This document shows positions 57,254-64,000 of a DNA stretch of 64,000 nt, in pieces. The notes under the pieces are model-generated. The model ran no database searches. It worked only from the letters and a program-made list of their open reading frames with translations, and was not told the origin of the DNA. The DNA comes from Candidatus Binatia bacterium. GTDB lineage: Bacteria > Desulfobacterota > Binatia > Bin18. The position numbers and the translations under genes are program-made. The stretch covers positions 998,486-1,062,485 of the forward strand of contig OZ246887.1 of assembly GCA_965231765.1 (NCBI GenBank). The letters are read 5' to 3'. The first letter of the stretch is position 1, and every line of letters begins with the position of its first letter.

Positions 57254-58297
57254 ATGAGAATGCGCTCAGCGTCCGGTAGTATTGGAATTGCCGGAGCTAT
57301 TGCCGGTATGCTGCTGAGTTTACCGACAGTATTGTCCGCCCAAGAAACCCAAGAAACCCCAGCAGCACGAGAAATATTGGCAACAGTCGACGGACAGGCC
57401 ATCACGGCAGCCGAGATTGAAAGGAGCATCAAAGGCCAGATGCTCCGCATCAATAATCAGGTCTATTCGGTCAAAAAAAAAGCCGTTGATGCCCTGATTG
57501 CTGACCGCTTGCTGAGCCGGGAAGCCACCAAACGGAACATCTCTCGGGCGGAGCTGCTCAAGCAAGAAGTGGCGGATAAAATCGAAGCTGTCACTGATAA
57601 AGAAGTTGAAGAATTTTACAACAAAAACAAAGCCCGCATGGGCAATAAACCCTTAGAGGAGATGAAAGCTCGCGTCACCCAACATCTCCAGAGCACCAAG
57701 AAGACACAACGCCAGAAAGCCTTCACTGCTGGGCTGCGTAAAACAGCAAATGTCCAGATGAATCTGCTGCCACCAATTGTGGAGGTCGCGGTTGATGGGG
57801 CTCCCTCCAAAGGGCCAGCCGAGGCTCCTGTGACGCTGGTCGAATTTTCGGACTATCAATGACCGTACTGTGCACGAGTTCAGGCTGAACTCAAAAAAGT
57901 CCAAGAAGCCTATAAAGACCAAGTCAAAATCGTTTTTAAAGATTTCCCCTTATCGCATATCCACCCGCAGGCGCAGAAGGCAGCCGAAGCCGCCCGGTGC
58001 GCTGGCGAACAAGGGAAGTACTGGGATTATCACGATGTCTTATTCCACAACCCCAAAGCCCTACAGATCGATAAACTGAAAAAGTACGCAGTAGACCTCA
58101 CGCTCGACCCCGCAACGTTTGACACCTGCCTCGACAGTGGCAAACATGCAGCTGCCGTCCGCAAAGATGTGGCCCAAGGTTCACAACTCGGGGTGAGTGG
58201 TACGCCAGCCTTCTTTGTCAACGGCCGTTTTATCTCTGGAGCGCAGAAGTTCCCGGCTTTTCAAGAGCTGATTGATAGTGTTTTAGCCGCTCAGTAA
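57254..58297 (+). CDS. secreted SurA-N-like + DsbA-like thioredoxin-fold protein with in-frame TGA (candidate Sec) at 57860-57862
   Basis: The track ORF stops at ..VEFSDYQ*. The same frame stays open for 145 more codons: PYCARVQAELKK..GVSGTPAFFVNGRF... So the TGA occupies the first Cys of the FxDxxCPxC motif. Confidence 0.7.
57876..57892 (+). promoter_or_regulatory. candidate bacterial SECIS hairpin
   Basis: GAGTTCA-GGC-TGAACTC starts 13 nt after the TGA and has G residues in the apical loop. Confidence 0.5.
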
Positions 58298-58317
58298 AGG
58301 AGTAGGCGGGCAGAGAT

Positions 58318-58393
58318 TTGCCCTCTCTCGTGCGGGAGAGAGGGCAAGATCGGAGAAAACCCTCACCCCGGCCCTCTCCCTAGAGGGAGAGGG
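58318..58393. repeat. two REP-like palindromes of family B (TTGCCCTCTCTC..GAGAGAGGGCAA and CCCTCTCCC-taga-GGGAGAGGG)
   Basis: Read directly between the convergent stops at 58297 and 58414. Confidence 0.7.
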
Positions 58394-58413
58394 AGCAAAG
58401 AAAAAGAGCCGGA

Positions 58414-59466
58414 CTATAAATCCCGCACCGCTGGTACGACCTCTTCAGCAAACCGTCGCATGCTTTCCAAGACCTGGGCTTGGGGAATTAAGCCGCCCGG
58501 ATTAAACCAACAAATGATCTGATTCATACCGCACTGTTGGTGGGCGTTGCGGATCTTTGCAATGCATTGGTCTGGCCGACCGTAGAGTGCCATCGTCTCA
58601 TCAATCATCTCCCAGGTAACGGCATTCATGCGTTCTCGGACTTCTTTCAGATACGCATACGATGCGGTTTGATCTCGCTCGCCGAGACGCGCCTGGGCGC
58701 TGACCGTGCGAAAGTAGTGCATAATGCTCGGCTCGACCTGCTGGCGTATCTTGGCATCTGTGTCTGCGACGTACAGCGGAAAGAGGACTGCTGTGTCGGC
58801 CGTATCCTGATGCCCAGCCTGTTGAAAGGCCTGATGATAGCCAGCCAGATGACTGGGCAACTTTGGCAGTGGATTGATCGGCGACGCCACAAATATGGGA
58901 TAGCCACGCTGTCCGGCAAACGTTGCCGTCTCTGGACTATTCGCCGCAATCCGCACGGGTGGATGCGGTTTCTGGAACGGCTTTGGCACGACAGATGTGG
59001 GCGGGATCTGAAAATACGTGCCAGCATGGGCAAAGGTGTCTTGGGTCCAGGCTTGCTCCATAATTGTCAGCGCCTCTTCAAAGCGCTCCCGACTCTCATC
59101 GCGCGGGACGCCCAAGCCTTGAAAATGGATCGCAATAGTGCCCCGCCCAACCCCTAACTCTAATCGCCCTTGACTGAGCAAATCGACTGTGGCCGCGTCT
59201 TCAGCCAAGCGTAAAGGGTGCTGCAAAGCCAACAAGGCCACAGCCAAACCCAAACGAATCCGCTGCGTTCGCTGTGCCAGCGCCGTGGCAACTATGAGTG
59301 GTGAGGGCATAATCGAAAATGGTCGATTAAAATGCAGCTCAGCCAGCCAGGCGGTATCAAAGCCCAGCTCATCCGCATATTCGATTTGTTCCAGCGTTTC
59401 CTGGTAACGGGTGACTTCGTTCTGCTCCGGGGCACATGGGAGTTGGTAAAAAAGGCCAAATTTCAT
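58414..59466 (-). CDS. LLM class flavin-dependent oxidoreductase
   Basis: MKFGLFYQLP..FDTAWLAELHF luciferase-like pattern. Confidence 0.85.
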   Translation of the reverse strand: MKFGLFYQLPCAPEQNEVTRYQETLEQIEYADELGFDTAWLAELHFNRPFSIMPSPLIVATALAQRTQRIRLGLAVALLALQHPLRLAEDAATVDLLSQGRLELGVGRGTIAIHFQGLGVPRDESRERFEEALTIMEQAWTQDTFAHAGTYFQIPPTSVVPKPFQKPHPPVRIAANSPETATFAGQRGYPIFVASPINPLPKLPSHLAGYHQAFQQAGHQDTADTAVLFPLYVADTDAKIRQQVEPSIMHYFRTVSAQARLGERDQTASYAYLKEVRERMNAVTWEMIDETMALYGRPDQCIAKIRNAHQQCGMNQIICWFNPGGLIPQAQVLESMRRFAEEVVPAVRDL

Positions 59467-59570
59467 AATTACATCCTTGAAAAAGTAATGAGAACTGAGG
59501 AAAGAAGGGCTTTCTTATTTTTTCGACTCAGCACTCAGTCCTTTCCTCTTCATCCCACATTTTCCTACTT

Positions 59571-60917
59571 ATGCGCAAGTCAAAAGCAGCAGGCAATCAA
59601 AACCTGCCTGCCGTGTTCTCCCCCCCTATTGGCCTAGACGAAAGAGGTATGGTAACTCTTTTCAGTATGCCAGGAAGGAAATCGAAAGTTGATCGCCGGA
59701 ATGCCGTGCAAGCCCCCTCATTCACCCCTGCTGCGCGAGCGGAAACTCCACCGCCGCCGAGCGGACCGCTTATGCTGATTCGCGTGCTCGCCCTGCTGGG
59801 GTTCGGAATTGGTACCTATCTTTCGATATTGCACTATCAGACGGGAGCGGATGAGCTCATTACGGCTCCGTTCTGCGAAGCTGGAGCACTGATCGATTGC
59901 AAGTCGGTCCTCAATAGCGCGTATGCAACACTGTTTGGATTACCCGTGGCCTTATGGGCGGCTGGAGCCTACGCCGTAATCCTGGCTTTGGCTTTTATTC
60001 CCGCTTTGATTGCCAAGACACAGCTTTTAATCCTGACCTGTGTGTGGATGTTTGTTTTTGCCTTGTATATGGCCAGTATTTCTTTTCTCAAACTCCAGTC
60101 CGTGTGTCTGCTGTGTGCTGGTCTCTACCTGGTCAACATTGGCCTGTTGGTCGGGGCAATGCTGCTCATCCGTTCATCAAAAACCTTAAAAACCTTTAAT
60201 CAGTCGCAGCTTGTGTATGGGCTGGCTGGCTGCGCGGTCCTGATCGGCGGGATTAGCGTGTGGCAGACACAGCAAGCCCAAGCACATGTTTCGCCGCTTG
60301 ATTTTATTGCTCCACCTCCTGAACGGCTCGATACAAGCTTTGTCAACTATTACAACCAACAGCGAGAAGTCGCGGTCCAGGGCGAGGAACGTCATGTCAA
60401 AGGCGCACCTGACGCACTGCTCACGATTATCGAGTTTGTTGATTTTCGGTGTCCAAGTTGTGCCTTTGCACGTGATTCTCTGGCTCAACTCTATGCGACG
60501 AACCCAGGCGATGTCCGGATTGTCTTTCATCACTACCCGCTCGATCAATCCTGCAACCCGATTGGCCAACAAGTCCACCCTTCAGCATGTGCGGCCGCCA
60601 TTGCCTCAGAGTGCGCCAGTGATCAGGACCGCTTCTGGGAGTATGCCGATCGCCTGTTTGCTGACCAAAAGGCGAACCCCAGGCGCTTCACCCACGAGGA
60701 CCTCACATCGCATGCCGAAGCGCTGGATCTCGACGCTGAACGTTTTAACACCTGCTTAGACGATCCGAGTATGGAAGAGCGCATCCGCAAAGATGTTGCA
60801 GAGGGTCACCGCCTTGAGATTAAAGCCACCCCGACCCTGATCATCAATGGCCGGGTGATTGAGGGACTGCCGCCACCCAAAAAGCTGGCGACCCTGGTGA
60901 CGATGCATAAGCGGTAG
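59571..60917 (+). CDS. VKOR-family membrane protein fused to a DsbA-like thioredoxin domain (start uncertain)
   Basis: Multi-TM N-half with loop cysteines (FCEAGALIDC) and CLLC in a helix. C-half has EFVDFRCPSCAF and KATPTLIINGR. Confidence 0.8.
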   Translation: MRKSKAAGNQNLPAVFSPPIGLDERGMVTLFSMPGRKSKVDRRNAVQAPSFTPAARAETPPPPSGPLMLIRVLALLGFGIGTYLSILHYQTGADELITAPFCEAGALIDCKSVLNSAYATLFGLPVALWAAGAYAVILALAFIPALIAKTQLLILTCVWMFVFALYMASISFLKLQSVCLLCAGLYLVNIGLLVGAMLLIRSSKTLKTFNQSQLVYGLAGCAVLIGGISVWQTQQAQAHVSPLDFIAPPPERLDTSFVNYYNQQREVAVQGEERHVKGAPDALLTIIEFVDFRCPSCAFARDSLAQLYATNPGDVRIVFHHYPLDQSCNPIGQQVHPSACAAAIASECASDQDRFWEYADRLFADQKANPRRFTHEDLTSHAEALDLDAERFNTCLDDPSMEERIRKDVAEGHRLEIKATPTLIINGRVIEGLPPPKKLATLVTMHKR

Positions 60918-60926
60918 GTGTCTCGG

Positions 60927-61196
60927 TTATGCACCACCCCCGGCTTTCAAGGGGAACTCTTCGGGGTGTTCAATCGTCCGCAGGCCAATATCCACATCTG
61001 AATCAGGCCAGTAGAAGTGCCCCAGCGTTGGTTCTTCAACATTGACGATTCTGCTAACGGGAGCATCCCTAAACCAAGGAAAATCCTCGTACGGCAGAAA
61101 CAGTTCTCGGTCACCTGCCAGGAGCCATATTCCGTGCCTGGAGATGTTGGTAACCTCAACCGTTGAAGTGCCGATGCCAAGCGGTTCTGAATTCAT
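60927..61196 (-). CDS. DUF2442 family protein
   Basis: ATG at 61196. ..GIWLLAGDRELFLPYEDFPWFRDAPVSRIVNVE..HFYWPDSDVDIGL. Confidence 0.7.
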   Translation of the reverse strand: MNSEPLGIGTSTVEVTNISRHGIWLLAGDRELFLPYEDFPWFRDAPVSRIVNVEEPTLGHFYWPDSDVDIGLRTIEHPEEFPLKAGGGA

Positions 61197-61293
61197 CCTG
61201 TCGCCTCTGTATGACCTCTTCGACTTCATGGAGTTGTGACTCGGACAGCCGATAATTCCGGGCAAGCGCTACGTCAGGTTCAAGCCAAAATTT
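61156..61293 (-). pseudogene. 5'-truncated DUF4160 family gene
   Basis: ..AKFWLEPDVALARNYRLSESQLHEVEEVIQRRQDEFRTAWHRHFNG* is the C-terminal half only. The HxPPHFH half is replaced by the duplicated segment at 61294. Confidence 0.55.
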
Positions 61294-61393
61294 AGCCACC
61301 CCGACCCTGATCATCAATGGTCGGGTGATCGAGGGCCTGCCACCAGCGAAAAAGTTGGCAACCCTGGTGACGATGGCAAAGCAGCAGCGGTAA
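61294..61393 (+). repeat. displaced duplicate of the VKOR-DsbA gene 3' end (copy of 60824-60917)
   Basis: About nine-tenths identical by eye. It encodes ATPTLIINGRVIEGLPPAKKLATLVTMAKQQR*, versus ..PPPKKLATLVTMHKR* in the intact gene. Confidence 0.8.
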
Positions 61394-61449
61394 AGGCAGG
61401 GAGGAATTAGTAGTGGCGGGTGGCAAGTGCCTGGTGACGAGGGAGAAGT

Positions 61450-62490
61450 TTAGTCTATCGATTCTGTCGGGCTAAATCGTATTTCGTAGCTTTCAGCCAA
61501 AGCCCGCATGGCAGCGTGCCAACTCTCTCCTCCCCAGCGCCACGAGATCGCATATGTTCGCCCATCATGGTGCATAAGCTCGTTGTCCCTCACAATAAAT
61601 CCCTTGAGCCCCTTTACGGCCTTGATAAAATCCTTCTCGTCGAGGTCTCCCTCTGCTACCCGAAGGCGACGCTTATAGAATTTATCATCTACTTTGCTTG
61701 AAATTTCTTCAGGAGAGCGACCCGACTGGACTAAGGCTTGAATAACCCGAAAAATAGCGACCCTTTTCGATACGTTTTGATATTTTTCCCCAAGGACCTC
61801 AACATCGTAACGAGTCCTATATGGGCCGATGCTTTTCGTCTGCTTCTCTCGTTGGGTTTTCTCTCTCATTTGAATTCGAAACTCTTCCGTCTCGGGCAGC
61901 GGAATAACCTGCTGCACATCCAGGAGAACCCGGTCGCCATCGGAATAGGGTTGGAGACGCACACACCGAATATCGAGATCACGCTGATTCAGCCACATGA
62001 CTGTTGTGGTGAGTTCCTTGGAAAAATCGGCAGAGGCTAAGATCACTCGGACATCCCGGGCAAAACGCTCCTCATCCGGCTCATCCCATTCAAGGAATTC
62101 GAGCAGACTACTTTCAGGATCATCGTCGCGTCCCACCTCTTGGAGATGAGCGCGGTAGATGTCTAGCGCTTTATCGAAGGTCATTGTTGAGACCATCGCA
62201 GCGTATCGGAGTGCTTGCAGCTCCATATGCCCACCGCTCTCCGTCCGCTTTAACTCAATCACGACCAAATTGGCCTGCTGGTCAATGGCAAGCAGATCTA
62301 TCCGCCGTCTCGACTCCTCCCAATCACCAAACTCCTCGCTAATGACCAAGAGGTCAGCGTCAAGAACCTCGATTTTATCCCTGATGAGACGCTGCAAATC
62401 GGTCCGTTCTCTGAGCCCTTCACGGGCAAAATCGGTGGGTTGAAGGGCTTCTAGCGAGTTGGGCGTCACCTCATAAATGGACATACGCAT
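61450..62490 (-). CDS. PD-(D/E)xK nuclease-like (NucS/DUF91-type core) protein
   Basis: RRIDLLAIDQQANLVVIELKRTESGG..LQALRYAAMV. Confidence 0.55.
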   Translation of the reverse strand: MRMSIYEVTPNSLEALQPTDFAREGLRERTDLQRLIRDKIEVLDADLLVISEEFGDWEESRRRIDLLAIDQQANLVVIELKRTESGGHMELQALRYAAMVSTMTFDKALDIYRAHLQEVGRDDDPESSLLEFLEWDEPDEERFARDVRVILASADFSKELTTTVMWLNQRDLDIRCVRLQPYSDGDRVLLDVQQVIPLPETEEFRIQMREKTQREKQTKSIGPYRTRYDVEVLGEKYQNVSKRVAIFRVIQALVQSGRSPEEISSKVDDKFYKRRLRVAEGDLDEKDFIKAVKGLKGFIVRDNELMHHDGRTYAISWRWGGESWHAAMRALAESYEIRFSPTESID

Positions 62491-62526
62491 CCTCGAATAG
62501 CGGTTCCGAATCCATCCTCTCGCCCC

Positions 62527-63207
62527 TCACTTCCCTTGCCCGACAATCACATGCTCCTTGGTGATAATCACCGGCAGCTTGCCCGCTGCAATAAAGTTCG
62601 GCTCATCTTCCCGAGTCCGATCGTATTCTGGCGTGGTGGCTGAGGTTCGCATGGCTTGGGTGCTGTCAAACCAGGTCAGCGCCACGCCGTCGTAGAGTGG
62701 CGTTTTACCTTTTTGGTAAATCGAAAGCCGGGTGTGGCTTTGCACATAGCGTTTGACCACCGGAATAGACGCGCCCAGCGGACCATGAATCTCGCGCCAG
62801 TGGGTCTGGAAATCCTCAATTGGCATGCCAGGTTTGTGGCTCACAAACTCGACGTTTTTGACCCCATCGACCGGAATCGGACCGTCTTTGATGACGTGCT
62901 CTTCGGTGATGATCGAGCCTTGACTGGCCACGTCCATGAAGTTCGGCTCGTCAGCGCGTACAGCGGCAAACTCGGGTGTCCCGGCTTGGGCACGCATTGC
63001 ATCCGTATTATCGAACCACAGTTCGGCCATGCCGTCGTATATCGGCTCGCCTTTACGATAGCCGGATAAAATGGTGTGGGACTGCACGTAGCGACGAATG
63101 CCGGGGAGTTTGACCACGATGTCGGCATGCGTGGTCCGCCAGTAAGACTGGAAATCTTCGACGGACATACCAGGTTTGCGTTTAAAAAAAGCGACCATCT
63201 TGACCAT
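62527..63207 (-). CDS. tandem EthD-domain protein
   Basis: Two repeats of the ..KPGMSVEDFQSYWRTTHA..IRRYVQSHT.. pattern. ATG at 63207 after AAGGAGGA. Confidence 0.75.
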   Translation of the reverse strand: MVKMVAFFKRKPGMSVEDFQSYWRTTHADIVVKLPGIRRYVQSHTILSGYRKGEPIYDGMAELWFDNTDAMRAQAGTPEFAAVRADEPNFMDVASQGSIITEEHVIKDGPIPVDGVKNVEFVSHKPGMPIEDFQTHWREIHGPLGASIPVVKRYVQSHTRLSIYQKGKTPLYDGVALTWFDSTQAMRTSATTPEYDRTREDEPNFIAAGKLPVIITKEHVIVGQGK

Positions 63208-63234
63208 ACTTGTGTCCTCCTTGCAAAAGAGTCT

Positions 63235-63275
63235 TCTCCCCCGCCCGCTGGCGGGAGAGGGCTGGGCTGAGGGTG
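63235..63275. repeat. imperfect REP-like palindrome, family B-like (..CTCCCCCGCCCGCTGGCGGGAGAGGG..)
   Basis: Read directly. The track ORF N-terminal extension reads through it. Confidence 0.5.
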
Positions 63276-63486
63276 GAATCTCAGTCACCTATGGCATGCT
63301 CCGTCCCAGGTCAAGGGAAGACATCCTTATAGATTGAGCGCCCGGCAGCAAAAGCATATAAGAGATCGAAACAGGAACGGACACGCTCGGGACAAAAGGA
63401 GGAAAAAAGCTTATGCTGTCGTGAGGAAGTCTTGCCCGTCATGCGCCAACAGGCCACATAAGCAAAGAACAAACAAAGGATAAACA

Positions 63487-64000
63487 ATGGATTTTCAATA
63501 TTCACCGGAACAAGAGGAATTCCGATCTGAGTTACGCAGCTGGCTGGAAGCTCATCTGCCTCCAGAGCTGTGTGTCGAAGACGCCATGGATGAACGTGTT
63601 GCGCCAAACGTCGAGACGTTTGAGAAACGCCGCGCCTGGCAACAGAAAATGTATGAAGCCGGTTGGGTCGGTATTCCGTGGCCCAAAGAGTACGGTGGTC
63701 GGGGTGCAGGACTGATGGAACAGGTTGTGTTTGACGAGGAGTATACACGGGCGCGAGCACCGGTCTTGCCCGGCTTCTCGGGTATTGCGCTATGTGGTCC
63801 CACCCTTATGCAGTGGGGCACGGATGTACAGAAAGAGCAGTTCTTAAAACGCATATTGCGCGGCGATGATGTCTGGTGCCAGGGCTATTCCGAGCCCGGT
63901 GCCGGATCGGATCTCGCCAGTTTGCAAACCCGCGCGGTTGAAGACGGCGACGATTTTGTGGTGAATGGCCAGAAAGTCTGGACCTCCGGGGCCCAGTATG
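63487..64000 (+). CDS. acyl-CoA dehydrogenase (N-terminal part, runs off the window)
   Basis: MDFQYSPEQEEFRSELRSWL..GWVGIPWPKEYGGRG..GYSEPGAGSDLASL. Open to the window end, so it is absent from the track. Confidence 0.85.
   Translation, partial: MDFQYSPEQEEFRSELRSWLEAHLPPELCVEDAMDERVAPNVETFEKRRAWQQKMYEAGWVGIPWPKEYGGRGAGLMEQVVFDEEYTRARAPVLPGFSGIALCGPTLMQWGTDVQKEQFLKRILRGDDVWCQGYSEPGAGSDLASLQTRAVEDGDDFVVNGQKVWTSGAQY

Noticed and set aside
56503-57257. Track ORFs 56503-56709, 56588-56785, 56706-56990, 56924-57238 and 57024-57257 as real genes
   Set aside because: - Their translations are low-complexity and motif-free.
- The interval is better explained by the PanE-like and LysM-like fragments plus the last 33 codons of 56924-57238 as a mini-TM ORF.
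57860-57862. TGA in the DsbA-like gene as an ordinary stop or nonsense mutation
   Set aside because: - This is not fully excluded.
- It is disfavoured because the codon sits exactly at the catalytic Cys.
- 145 downstream codons remain intact and homologous.
- A hairpin lies at SECIS distance.
- It is kept as the refutation condition of the finding.
63311-63854. Minus-strand ORFs 63311-63760 and 63552-63854
   Set aside because: - They are antisense to an open-ended + strand acyl-CoA dehydrogenase frame starting at 63487.
- That frame has strong family motifs. The track omits it because it has no stop inside the window.

Overview
Dense 64-kb bacterial chromosomal window, mid-50s % GC by eye (not computed). 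I saw no rRNA, tRNA, CRISPR array, integrase or transposase.

Backbone:
- A housekeeping block: rpmE2, prfA, prmC, murA, hisD, hisB.
- Many catabolic operons: five family III CoA-transferases (one frc-like), four LLM flavin oxidoreductases, two thiolase/DUF35 modules, SDRs, a CitE-like lyase and a MaoC dehydratase.
- A complete quinohemoprotein amine dehydrogenase cluster (qhpA-D-C-B plus qhpE, qhpF, qhpG) at 45.8-54.6 kb.

Most interesting accessory content:
1. An AT-richer island at 22.99-26.16 kb. It encodes a large PD-(D/E)xK + DGQHR (DndB/ParB-like) + Rx4H-tail fusion protein, split by a single in-frame TAG and translationally coupled to a Dam-class methyltransferase. This is a candidate uncharacterised restriction/defence module.
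2. A four-gene insertion after hisB (36.56-40.55 kb): a membrane GrpE-like protein, a membrane-anchored Hsp70-like ATPase, an Rx4H (HEPN-like) protein and a retropepsin-like aspartic protease.
3. A DsbA-like gene whose CxxC first cysteine codon is an in-frame TGA followed by a hairpin, so a candidate selenoprotein (UxxC). It sits next to a VKOR-DsbA fusion.

Other observations:
- In-phase heptamer (TCAGTCC-type) arrays in intergenic spacers.
- Two REP-like palindrome families.
- Paired Crp/Fnr-type palindromes.
- Two DUF4160/DUF2442 modules in which both DUF4160 copies are damaged.
- A duplicated gene 3' end flanking one of those modules.
- Several gene remnants.

All functional calls come from reading motifs in the translations. 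No database search was run.
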